This document shows, piece by piece, positions 1 to 12,397 of a stretch of 64,000 nucleotides of DNA. The stretch covers positions 15,414,550 to 15,478,549 of the forward strand of contig CM082579.2 of assembly GCA_040954595.2 (NCBI GenBank). The letters run 5' to 3'. The translations under genes were made by a program, and so were the position numbers. Under the pieces are notes generated by a model. It saw nothing but the letters and a program-made list of their open reading frames with translations, made no database searches and was not told the DNA's origin. This DNA comes from Balanoglossus misakiensis. Taxonomy: Eukaryota; Animalia; Hemichordata. Each line of letters opens with the position of its first letter. Position 1 is the stretch's first letter.

Positions 1-1579
1 GTTTCCATGTCATGTGACATCCACAAAAATGTGGTATTATCTTGAAAAGAGTCCCGATTTCCCAAACTGGTTTTGCGAATGTACTTCACTTTGGAGCAAT
101 GCATGAGTACATTCGTAGAAAGATATTGCTCCACTATTTACTGACACTCCTCTTGTACTGCAAATATTACTGCATTCGGTCAGGGCAAGACAAAAGACAC
201 AGCAGAACTGCCAGAATTAAAACAGACAACTGGCAATTTCAATAAAACATGTAATAACAAATATATGTAACATTGAATGAGGTGTCCATACAGCTTGGTC
301 ATTTAAAGACCTCCAGTCATTGTGACAATGCATAAATATTTATGTACACCATATTAAAAATTAGTTCAGGCATACCTTATACATGTATGTTTTTGACTGA
401 CCATATCCTCAGCACGCCCTTTTTTTCAAAAAGACTATCATTATTCTCTGCCAGGCAGAGAGTTGCCGCTTTCTTGTTAACAATAATATACTATTATAAC
501 ATTGCATAGATTCCTGTTTGTTTCTGTCCATATCTCACAAACTGTGGTGTGCATACTGTTGAAATGACCTCAAGAAGAAAATGCCAAATGGAAAAATATT
601 TGACATACTAACCTGTATGATAATGTTATACGGTACAATATATTTAACGGTTCCAATCCAATGTTGAGAACTAACAAAACAATTTGAGCAGAATTCATTT
701 AAAATTAATTGCAGTTCCGTTTCACCGCATTTCATAGGATGCTGGCTAAAATTCATACTATGGTGGATTACCTGTTATGCATTTCTTTCCCTATTTCGTC
801 TGGCAGATTTGAGTTTGACAAGCTGTCATTTTCCTTTCAGCTCCGCAAAATTGATGGATTTACTTTGACAGCACACAGACTGTCCATTTGTCATTGGAGA
901 TACAAGCAGCATCAGTTGCTGAACAGCTTGCAGCAGTGTTGGAAAAGAGTACACAACACTAACTTGCAAGAGTGCTTTGGCCCTTTCTTCACACTGTCCG
1001 AAACTTGTTGTGTTACATCATTGCTTAATGAATAAGAAATACACAGGTATTTAGCGTTCTATTCAATACCTACAATAGATAAAAGGGTGTCGGTCTGTAT
1101 GCGACAATCTTCAATGTTCTTATGAGCACAAGGCTTTATTCAGGGAACGTTTTACAGTAAGAATTATATGATATAAACTGAATAAGTTTGTTGTCTGTCA
1201 ACTCTTCTGTCTTTGTCTTACCGATACGGTTCTAACCGCAAACACTGAGGCTTCTCTGCTCGTACACAGTATAAATCAATGGATGATAAAATGCGCCCTC
1301 TTTTGGTGAACTCTTCGTACCGCCCGACCTTCTACCTTACATTAAGGCATGTAGGGCGGTCAGGTAGATGGCAGTGTATTGCAAGCGTCTCTTGCATATT
1401 TTTTTCCGCCAGGAATGGCATACATTCGTTTTTGGCGACACCACAACTGCTGGAACTTCTCGAAAAATTGAGAGCCGGATTTCATAAATGCTCATGTTTT
1501 CCGAAGGGCTGAAAGAAGATCCAGAGTGGAATATTTAAATTTGCCTGTGGCAGACATCATAGTGGCTGCCAGTTATTCT

Positions 1580-1750
1580 ATTTCTTGTGCAAGAGATAGT
1601 ATCTTGTTCCAGCGAGATGTTTTCTCGTGTGCACGAGAAACATGCTATCTCGTGCATATCTCGTGCGCACGAGAAAATTGCGAGCGCACTCGTGTTCACG
1701 AGAAAATATCACATGCACACGTAAGTCGTGCGCACGAGATAAAAAAATGT
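1580..1750. repeat. cluster of TCTCGTGCGCACGAGA-type palindromes (MITE-like; copy near 56550-56720)
   Basis: About 6 degenerate ctcgtg(c/t)gcacgag palindromes in 170 bp. Confidence 0.7.
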
Positions 1751-2809
1751 GCCCTGTAGTCTTTCTTAGGACATGGTAGCGTGACGTCGCATTGTAATTA
1801 ACGGACGATCTTGGAAATTCGGCTATTAATGGTGAATGGACTTTCGCCTCCTTCGAACAACAACAGAGACTGACGTCGCAACAATGACAGAAAAAGTGAA
1901 GCAAATGGCCGACAAAACGAAGAGAATCGGAAAACGGGCAGGATCCTCGGCACAGACATCTGGGAATAATACCACCACATCAAATAGAACGACGAGTAGT
2001 GCAGGACAAACCGCCACCAGTGACTATGACAACAAGTCTGAAGGCGATGCTGGCGAACCCTTGCACAATACAACTACAGTCCTGCAGAGAAATGCAGCCC
2101 AGCGCCACTCAAGATTTTCCATTCCTGGTCTGGCAGCAGCCAAAATATGTTGTTGTTTTTTCTCTTAGAAGCGACCTCAGTCTGAGCTGCATGAGAATAA
2201 ACTGTAGGTTGGGAATACAACAAAAAAACACGCAGTCGCTGCGGTCAACACGTAGCTATTAGTTTCGGTTTTATGTTCGCTACAGCTCGGAAACCAAAAT
2301 GTGGTACAACTTCAAGCTACATAAACTGGAAAGCATAGTACGTGCAGAGCAGACCATGGTGACGAAAGCAGGTATTCTAGGTCGTAAGATAAAAACACGG
2401 CGCTAGAAAAACAGTCATCAAAAGTTGCACGTGTTCCCCGGCCAAAAATAATGTAATTGTTGGCGCACAGAAAGTCCAGTCGATAAACGTTTACGCTATA
2501 GAAACTCACTCTCTCAGCAAAAGTCTGACACCCTCGTCAATGACAAAACGCAAACCGAGCTGGGTATGATCAAGTCAAACATAGGGCCAATCCCCACTCT
2601 GTGTTTTATTATTTTCCACATACGATGGTTCTAAATAAAAATGTACCTATTTGAAATGCTTACCGAGGTAAGATCATTGAAAGTTTTCAAACGTTGATGA
2701 CAAATGTATAACTGATTTTTTACAAATGAATAATCGCGCACTTGCATGTTATTTTCTCTATACCAGACACCGCGCGCGCGCCGTTGGAAAAAAAAAAACG
2801 CGGAAAATT

Positions 2810-2860
2810 ATTGAGCATGCGCAGTCGATACTTCACAATGTAAACAAGATGGAGTCGCTG
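2810..2860 (+). promoter_or_regulatory. NRF1-like (GAGCATGCGCA) and YY1-like (AAGATGG) motifs in a CpG-rich patch at the arm's outer end
   Basis: Retained in all three copies (57774 and 49682 reverse have AAGATGGCG); motif match only. Confidence 0.3.
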
Positions 2861-4456
2861 CCTATGCTTCTCGACCGCTGTCGCCTGACTATGTCGGCAA
2901 AGAAGAGACGAATTTAACCATGCAACGCCATATCGGAAGACAGAATGATCGCGAGATGAAACCAGGCTATCCAACGATTAGGCAGCCATGTTGACTGATT
3001 GGTATGTCGCCGAAGTAATTATTTGCCATTGATTTGTTTACCAGAAACGGTTTGCCTTTGGAACACATTTGGCCTCACCGAAATTGATTTCAGAGGTTTT
3101 TTCCCAAAAACTAATGACGTTCGTTTTCACCTGAGTGCGAGGATGGATTGAAGGGACACAAGCTTTTGTAGCCACCAATATTTTGACACTCTTTATATCA
3201 ATGTTGAGCTGGCATATTTGCTCCAATATGATGTAGTGTACCTGTTGCATTGAAATGAAGCTGTAATAATATTACAGTGCAATCTAGTCCTTTGGGTTAA
3301 TAGGAAAACGAGGTCAATAAATGACAGGTTTATTTAAATACAGGATATATTTATCACAAGCACTTATGCATATGTATGAGATACTTATTTATTTTTAATT
3401 TATTTTTTATTTTTTATTTATTTTGTACGTTCAGGTAATCATATGGATTTGTATGGAATCACATACACATTAATTGAAGACTATCATATCACAGAAGTCG
3501 AGCCGCCAGATGTGTAAGGTAACCATTTAGGTTTCATGACTAAGTTTGTTTAAGAATTCATAAAGCTACCCAATGAATGAATTTCCTTAAAATTTCACAA
3601 ATGTGACAGAGTTTGCAGTTGTGCAAGAAAGTGTGTATTATTCACATAAGAATTTTTTCGTATGCATTTTTCTGATGGCAATGCATTTGACTGTAAACAA
3701 ATATGGATGTCAGTTAGTAGTGCTATTTTGTCAGTGAAATGGCTTCATCATCATCCCTCCAACCAAAGTTGAAACAGAGTTGCAAATATTGCACAGCTTG
3801 AAATCATAAAATGTTGCAAAATTGAACCAACCCTTTGGTCAACGATTATGTTCTTACAGCTATTATTAGAACCAGACAGTCTCAGGGAACAAGAGACATG
3901 GGCCTGATTTGCAAGTTGAGTTAGAACTGCCTTTGCCTGCCCACGGACGCCCCAATTTCAGCAAAAATTATTGCATTAAAATATGAGTATGGAGAACTAT
4001 GCTCTGTGTTTCTTTTGTTAGCTTACATAGCTGTTGTCATTCTAGTTTTTCCTCCGTCCTGTGAGCAGAGTTTCAGTTGCGAAAACCGACAGTTCTCAAA
4101 GTACAAAAGTACACCTAATTTGCCTCGGTGATGAGCATGCAGAATTTATCTGATGCTTCTTACTGGCAGAAGGACCCCACCAGTTGCAGATTGTGAATTC
4201 CATGGCACAAGGGAATTTACGCTTTGCGTTCAAATATAAATAATTAAATCCTGTAAAATTATTCTATATGTTATTTATTGATGATTCAAAAGTGTTATGA
4301 CTGATTGTGTTAGAGTACCTGTATTCCATATAAGCATGCTGTCAGTGCACATCCGATTGATAACAATTTCACATTTTTAAAAATTTGCTTCTCTGAATAA
4401 TTATGAATACATAAAACTTCATATGATATAAATTGTCCTGATATCGTAAACATTAA

Positions 4457-4911
4457 ACCCCGATGCGTGGTATAAAAGACCCCCCAAATCAGTGGCGAAT
4501 CTTAATGCCGTTTGACTGACAACAGACAACACCAACGATCTTGGCTCTAATGATCTTGGCTCTATGAAAATCGGCCCAAACAGATCCAAGCATAAAGAAT
4601 TACACCACACAATGACAGTGGTTGGCTTTATAAACACACACAACATAAAGTTATCGATGAAAAAGTACACGAGCTTTTGAAACAACGATGATTTTGGGAG
4701 AAATCTGGTTTCAGTGCTTTTCAGAAGCATCCCTGGGAAACAATAACCACGCCATTCAAACAGCTGTCAATCGCATAGAGGTGTAAAGTGTTCAATTATT
4801 TTCTATGTACATGAGATCAATTACACAGTTATTATGCACGACGACCACTCCCAAATAAACAACTGTACAAACACACGTTAATCCGAACCCCAGTACTTTC
4901 CGCACCGGGGT
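4457..4911. mobile_element. TTAA-targeting MITE (copy at 59420-59859)
   Basis: TIR accccgatgcg/cgcaccggggt flanked by TTAA; single-TTAA empty site in right arm near 47838. Confidence 0.88.
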
Positions 4912-4962
4912 TTAAGGCCTAATGCTAGTGTCACAACATTGATTACCAGACCGTTTCCCTCT

Positions 4963-5031
4963 GTATGTATGTATGTATGTATGTATGTATGTATGTATGT
5001 ATGTATGTATGTATGTATGTATGTATGTATG
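4963..5031 (+). repeat. (GTAT)n microsatellite at the start of a HINE-like element (~4950-5900)
   Basis: Perfect tetranucleotide run; shorter in copy B (from 59911). Confidence 0.95.
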
Positions 5032-6042
5032 CAGCCATGTATGCATGTGTTTGTGTGTGTGTGTACATGTGTGTATGCATGTTACATGTATATATGGATG
5101 TATGTCTGCCCTGATCCAAAACATGAAACCATGCTTTTTTTATTTTGGTGTGTAGATGGGATTTTGCTGAAATGAAGTTGTCAATGCAAAAATACGCAAA
5201 TAACCTGTGAAATATGTGGAATTGATCAAAACTCAACAACTGGTTAGACTGCTTTGAACATTTGTATGCATGTAGGTAATGTCATCATACCTGATATACT
5301 TTGAGTTTATATCGTGAATTGTCTATTTTTTATGCAATTATTTTGTCTTGTTTTACCATTTGAAAAAAAATCTTTTCCTCTTAAAGAGATTGGCTGATTT
5401 CTTTAGAATTTAGTATGACACTTCCGGTAGGTGATCTTAGTTGGTTTTGTTTAAATTGTCGCAGAATTTGTAATCTGTCATTTTTGGTCAAAATTCATTT
5501 TCTGAGAAACTCCTTAGATTGCTTTTAAATTTTGGTATGCTTGTTCCAAGGGGTAACCCAAGTAATGTTGTATATCATTTTGGTGAAATTTACATATTGT
5601 GGTCTTGGGGCAATTTTTGCAATTTGTATTCTTTGAAACTACTAGTCAGATTGCTTTCAACTTTGGTAGGCGTGGTGATTGAAGTAGATATTATACAATT
5701 TGTTGATAGTTGGATAGATGTGGTTTGAGGCAGTTTTTGTCATTGTTGAATGTTGTTTTCCCTAAAATACTTGTCTGGTTCCTTTGAAATGTTCTTACAG
5801 TAGGTCATATCTGCTTGCCAATGTCACATGATTTTTCCCATGAACACAGACATACCTAATTTTGTGTAATCCCCAGATGGGACCACAGTGTGTAATAACC
5901 TGACCAACAGTGACTAGTATATCCTGTGTGTTATACAGTACTTCTCACAAGGTTGAAGTACATGTAGACTGTTGATGATTTTTTGCGATTCTTCAGAAAC
6001 TTACAATACAGAGTCTAATGTGGTAACGTCCATGGTCACATT

Positions 6043-7535
6043 AGTCCTGTTTCAAAATGACCTACATTACACGTCCTATACACATGTATTGCATGTTTTG
6101 ATTGGTTTATCCGCTTCTCTTAGGTCCACTTGCGGCACGCTGATTGGAGGGACCTTGTAGGTTAGGTCTTATTATTATGTATTATTCACTAGACCTTGTA
6201 GGTTAGGTCTTATTACTATGCATTTTTCGCTTTACAGCTCCCTGATTGGTTAACGTGTCAGTCTGGTCCCCCATGTGTTCACTGCCTCATAATACAGGAC
6301 CTTGTAGGTTAGGTCATATTAATATGTATTTATTCACCATACAGCTCCCTGATTGGTTAACGTGTCAGTCTGGTCTCCCAGTGTTCACTGCCTCATTGTG
6401 AAATGTCCCATGTGCTTCCTGGCTAGCGTTGTGGTAACACATTATTCGGGATGTCCGCAGGTCATTCATTAATTTTCTGAGAAATAGCCTGACTGATACT
6501 ATCTCCAACATAAACCGCACCCTGGAAAGATTAAAATTTTTAGATGGACTTCGAAAATCTGATTAACACATCTAAGCATTTTTGCTAACAGTTGTATATT
6601 TTCTTAAATCACCCTCCTACTTCTCATCATCAATATTATTATTGTTGTTTTACTATTTTAAAGTAAATTTGTTTTGACGTAGATGTTGTGAAAAGGAGTA
6701 CGTTGTCCGTTTATACATTCGTATATTGTTTTCATAAAAATGGAACTATGACGGTGCAGCTTCGTGAAAGAAGTACAATAAAAGTAATCATACCTGTAAA
6801 GCAACTAATGAGGTATCCCAATTAAAGAAATGCAATGCTATTCTAAACAGTTCTATTGTAAGATATTTTTGGTTTGCTCGAATGAATAGCACACACTTCG
6901 TATTCAGCCAGGTGTTACACGAAGTGATGCGCTGAAAAGCACTACGTAACAAAACACTAGCCCATTTCAACAAACCGCCACTGGAAATAAAATAAAAAAA
7001 TTCTCCTGGCAATTTTTATTTCGAGTATCTAGTTCACAGTATCACAAAAAAATGCCATGAATAGTGAAGGAAAGGTTAAATCCAATCATTATATGAGTGC
7101 CTTTCTTTATACACTGGGATCGAGCTTCGACAACGCGCAGGCAGCATGCCAGACAGAATACGACAACTGTATTCAGAAAGTACAAAAGACTTTGCATAAC
7201 GAGGCAGTGAAAATTGGAGACCTACACATTAACCAATCAGGGAGCTGAAAATTGAATAAATGCATGTTAATAAGACCTAACCTACAAGGTCCTGCATAAT
7301 GAGGCAGTGAACACTGGAGGACCAGACCTACACATTAACCAATCAGGGAGCTGTAAAGTGAATAATACATAGTAATAAGACCTAACCTACAAGGTCTAGT
7401 GAATAATACATAATAATAAGACCTAACACATAAGGTCCCTCCAATCACCGGGCCTCAAGTGGACCTAAGATTACCAGATGGACCAATCACAGATGTCGGT
7501 ACATATGTCATGGACCTGACTTATGAAACATGACT
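6043..7535. mobile_element. non-autonomous DNA transposon, 3-bp TSD (Harbinger-like)
   Basis: TIR agtcctgtttca/tgaaacatgact, ATT duplication, long subterminal inverted repeats; empty sites at ~60980 and ~46730. Confidence 0.92.
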
Positions 7536-8073
7536 ATTCAGAACTACCTAGTCTATGCCCGGCAGTGTTCTGTCCGCTTTGCTTCCAAAACTAATGTCTG
7601 GCCTCACTCATGCCACTTGCCCAATAAACTAATACCCCTTGCTGGGAATTATGATGTAACTAGCGTCGCTTTGAAGCCTATCACATTCCTGAACAGTGTT
7701 GATTTGGTGTAAGATTATAGTGAAGACGGGGCTTATTACATTGAAAATGCTACCCAACCTTAATTACACGTATGTATATCCTTTGTCTAATCATTGGAAA
7801 AACAATGTACATGTACCAAAGACTAAGTAGCTATTTGAAGGTGAATCGCAAGTGGGCACTTTCATTACTTAACCTCAAGCAGTCGGTTAGCTACCGTATA
7901 CTAAGACAAACATTCCTGGTGTAATTAACATCACTGTCATTAGTAATATCTATCTCCAATCAGTATCAGTTCTGCCTTTATGTTATTTTAAGTCAATTGT
8001 CAAGGTTCATGTACATATATTACAGCTTAACTGTCTTGTCAAAAACTTACGCATGTACATGTACCTAATTCTA

Positions 8074-9279
8074 GGCTTACCTGTAGGGTTAGAGATACAA
8101 TGTTTTATATTAGTATGCATTAATATGAAACTAAAATTTGATGGTTAATTTAAGACCCCCCTGAGCAATGGTAACCTTGTTAAATATGTGCGTATCTAAT
8201 TCTAGGCTATTCAGCTGAAGTAGAAACCTGGACATGGACAACTTCGGGGTCAAAATCTTTTGACAAACATTTGTGTGATCTTGGGTAAACTTTGACCTAC
8301 ATTCCTATATTTTAGCATCCGGAGCAGATACAACCTTGACACTTGGAGTGATGGAACTATTTGATTGAGTATTATGTCTTGCCTCATTAATTATGTACTT
8401 ACCTAATGCCAGCCTAACCAATAGGGCTGGAAGTCTGGCTTTTTGGACATGATAAATTTGAGATCAACATTTTTCTACAGCAGCCAGCCTTCTCTTAAAA
8501 AGAATGGACAATATAAAGGCTTTGATGGTATACTGAACTTTTGACTCCCTCCCTGAGACTGTGTGCCAATGACGGGATAGCCTACTCAGCGTTGGGTAGA
8601 TCCTAAGAAGGCCTCAGCCAGGCATCAAATACAAAAAGCGGAAATCCAAGCTTTAATGGTGGGTTACATCGTTAACTTCCCTGCAGAGCTGATTTCTCAG
8701 ACTGTGAGCCAATGACGGGTAAAGCCCCTAGGTAGGGGCCACCTAAGACAGGCCGGTCATGCTTTAATCACAAAGAAGGGCAAGTTTAGTCTTACCACAA
8801 CTTTGTCTGCTGTATATGCTTCATTAAGATTGCAGAGTATTTTGAGAATACATTGTGTTAAGGCAGTGTGACCAGCTAAAAAGTACTGGCAAACACAGCC
8901 AATGTGTAATGAAAAACATCTAATTTGGCTGAATAAAAGACATAAAACACAGCAAAAGCACTGTGACTAGCTGAGACATAATACTCCATTATGCAGTTCC
9001 ATCACTCCAAGTGTCAAGGATGTATCTGTGCCGGATGCCAAGATATAGGAATGTAGGTCAAAGTTTACCCAAGAACACCCAACATTTTGTCAAAAGATTT
9101 TGACCCCAAAGTTGTCCATGTCCAGGTTTCTACCGCAACTGGATAGCCTAGAATTAGATATGTACATATTTAATGAGGTTACCATGGATCAAGGCAGTCC
9201 TAAGTAAACCATCAAATTTTTAAATTCATGTTAATTCATGTTAATATAAAACGCTGTATCTCTAACCCACTGGTATGCC
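8074..9279. repeat. ~310 bp inverted repeats (8074-8390 / 8975-9279) of HINE-core sequence around the conserved core
   Basis: caaccttgacacttggagtgatggaact versus agttccatcactccaagtgtcaagg; related to core repeats at 53630-54060. Confidence 0.85.
8521..8765 (+). ncRNA. candidate structured RNA with duplicated GCCAAUGACGGG-hairpin-CCUAAGA-GGC module
   Basis: Several nested stems with G.U pairs valid on this strand; almost invariant in the diverged right arm; no known family recognised. Confidence 0.4.
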
Positions 9280-11747
9280 ATTCTGTGTTTCATGCTACCC
9301 AATATGGGTAAGTAGGTAAAAAGTCACCCTAGGCCATTTGAAATTTTGCTGAAAAAATCTCGTCTCTTACATATGTACATTTGGTAAAAGGGAAATTTTA
9401 ATCACGGAGTAGAACATATTCATAAAAAATATTTGAGGGAAAGAAGGAAGTTTTTCATAGCTTTGGTGCGTCAAATAGTAGAGAGGTTCCCTTGTTATCC
9501 TTAGACTCAAACTCAGAGTTTCCAATCTTTCAGTATTTTCATGATATTACTTTCCATCTTAGATTTGTTCATCTAAACAAACTGACTGATAGGTATACAT
9601 GAACATTTTATTGACTAATGAATGTGCCTGTATGTTGCAATTTAAAGAAGTCAGATATTAAACGAGCGCCACACCTGTTTTAATCAGCCTCCATATGGAG
9701 GGTACACATCGCAGAGAGATGACAAACCCCATGCAAATTCAAGTAATATGGCTCAATGGTGCTGATTTTAAAGGATAGGTGGATGATTTGAAAAATGTTA
9801 TTGTGGAAAAAGATGTGTAAAATTTGGCAGCTTGTGAGGCTTTAATTGTAAAATCTTTGAAATGTGTTTTACTCTTTAGGTCCAATTTTGTATATGTCAA
9901 TATACCATTGGGACCAATGTGAAATTGTTCTAAACTCAGAAACTCAAGAAGGTACTGGTCAGATTGCTTTAGAAATTGGTGTGTATTTATGTTATTGAGA
10001 CTTTATACAGATTTTATTTTTCATTTTTGAAGTATATTTTGGGGTGATTTTGGTCGTCATATACTCAGAAACCTCTACCCACATTTTTTTTAAAATTTGG
10101 TTTGCATGTTCTTAGGTGTGATTTTATGACAATTTAACAAACCCAGTGATGGAAGTGACAATATTGTTTTTTTTTTTTTGGCAATTACTGCCATTTTTGT
10201 CTGATTGCTTTGCAATTTAGTTTGCAGTTTCTAGGGAATTCTTACTGTGGTGCACAAAATTCACAAAGGTGATTTACTATCCTCATGCGCTTTGTTGAAC
10301 TGGCTCCCTGTTGCAAAACAGACATTACAACACTCTTTGAATTGAATTCATAGCTACCAATTTTTCGGGGGTGTAGCACCTTTTTTATGCCTAAAACTTT
10401 GATCGAGAACTTCAAATTAAATGCAACCCTCCAAATATTTGCAATATTTCAGGTATAATGATTTAATTTTAAAGCATAAATTTTGATGTATTCATAATCA
10501 TTAAGAGAAACACATTTTGAAAATAGAATATTAATCACACTAGCAGTCATAATACTTTTGAATCATCACTTAAGAACATATAGAAAAATTAAACAGGTGT
10601 TAATTATTTATATTTGAACGCAAAGCGTAAATTCCCTTGTGCCATGGAATTGACAATCTGCAACTGGTGGGGTCCTTCTGCCAGTAAAAAGCATCAGATA
10701 AATTCTGCATGCTCATCACCGAGGCAATTTAGGTGTACTTTTGTACTTTGAGAACTGTCGGTTTTCGCAACTGAAACTCTGTTCACAGGACAGAGGAAAA
10801 ACTAGAATGACAACAGCTATGTAAGCTAACAAAAGGAACACAGAGCATAGTTCTCCATACTCACATTTTGATGCAATAATTTTTGCTGAAACTGGGGCGT
10901 CCGTGGGCAGGCAAAGGCAGTTCTAACTCGACTTGCAAATAAGGCCCATGTCTCTTGTTCGCTGAGATTGTCTGGTTCTAATAATAGCTGTAAGAACTTG
11001 ATCATTGACCGAACTGTTGGTTCAATTTTGCAACATTTTATGATTTCAAGCTGTGCAATATTTGCAACTCAGTTTCAACTTTGGTTGGAGGGATGATGAT
11101 GAAGCCATTTCACTGACAAAATAGCGCTACTGACTGATGTCAATGTTTGTTTACAGTCAAATGCATTGCCATCATAAAAATACATGTGAGAAATTTCCTA
11201 TGTGTATGATACACACTTTTGTGCATGACTGCAAACTCTGTTACAGTTGTGAAATTCTAAGGGTTGAATTCATTGGGTAGAATTCATGTTTTTTGGATTC
11301 TTAAACAACCAGTCACGAAAGCTAAGTGGTTACCTCAGAGAAACTGTGTTAAATTTGGTCATCAATTGCTTTAAATCACACAAGACATTCCCAGAGCTAA
11401 AGTTACTGCAGCAGTCAGTTTCAACTCAGCTTGCAAATTGGGATCATGTCTTGTGTTCATCGAGACTGTCTGTAGTCGAGTTGACAGTCCTATGGGGTCA
11501 ATGATGAACCTACAAATGTTCTTTCCAATGAAATTGTTATAAATCTAATATTCAGGATTTGCATTCATACCTTAAACAATATAACTGTATTGCAAATATG
11601 GCAACTCTTCTAAGTTGCATTGGAACACCTTCTCGCCACTGTTTGTGCCAAAATGGTGAATAAGCTTTCATTTTCAAGCCTTAACATAGGCACCCAAAAC
11701 AAGACAACAGCATTGCAAATATGGCATTTTTTGTTCAACTCTTCTCA

Positions 11748-12397
11748 TTTGCATAGTCCAAAATGGCCGCCAAACTCCTCTAACATGTAAATTTCCTATG
11801 GTCGTCTTAAATAGTGTGTAGTATCGCATTTGAAGGGTTTTCATCAATATGGGTACCTAAAACAATTTCAACGTGGTTGACATTGCAATGTTAGACAGCT
11901 GTTCTAATTTGCATAATCTAGAATGGCCGACAAACTTCTCTAACATGTAAATTTACTATGGTTGTCTTTAATAGTGTGTAATATCGCATTTGCAGGGTTT
12001 TCATCAATATGGGTACCTAAAACAATTTCAACGTCGTTGACATGGCAATATTAGACAGCTGTTCTAATTTGCATAATCCAAAATGGCCACCAAACTCTTC
12101 TTAAATGTAAATTTCCCTGTTTTGTCTTATATGGTGCCTAAAATCACATTTGCAGGGTTTTCATCAATATGGGTAACTAAAACAATTTCAGCGTGGTTGA
12201 CATGGCAATATTAGACAACTGTTCTAATTTGCATAATCCAAATGGCCGACAAACTTCTCTAACATGTAAATTTCCCTGGTTTGTCTTATATGGTGTGTAA
12301 TATCGCATTTTCACGGTTTTAATTAATATGGGTACCTAAAACAATTTCAACGTGGTTGACATGGCAATATTAGACAACTGTTCTAATTTGCATAATT
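11748..12397 (+). repeat. 160-bp tandem repeat, 4 copies
   Basis: tttgcata..aaaatggcc...tgggtacctaaaacaatttcaacg units; only ~1.5 copies in right arm (38680-38910). Confidence 0.9.

Larger units (their letters stand above)
1..10555 (+). repeat. segmental duplication copy A (direct repeat of 54970-64000)
   Basis: Colinear near-identity at offset 54969 (e.g. ORFs 42/55011, 1836/56807); only scattered SNPs and indels. Confidence 0.97.
3517..11335. repeat. ~0.9 kb inverted repeats (3517-4420 / 10470-11335) nested in the left arm
   Basis: aggtaaccattta... versus ...taagtggttacct; equivalent pair at 39234 and 48760; no TSD seen. Confidence 0.85.

Noticed and set aside
841-1046. Possible plus-strand exon with AG/GT boundaries
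   Set aside because: Stops in all frames and no recognisable domain
2790-2810. Target-site duplication around the 47 kb cassette
   Set aside because: Flanks (cggaaaatt versus ggttgttga at 49683) share no direct repeat
4912-5239. MYVC/HTYI repeat ORFs (also 59826-60095, 53071-53360)
   Set aside because: Translations of GTAT microsatellites
8565-8760. Tandem SECIS elements or a known ribozyme (hammerhead, twister, HDV)
   Set aside because: AUGA is present but helix length and AA spacing do not fit SECIS; catalytic core consensus sequences are absent
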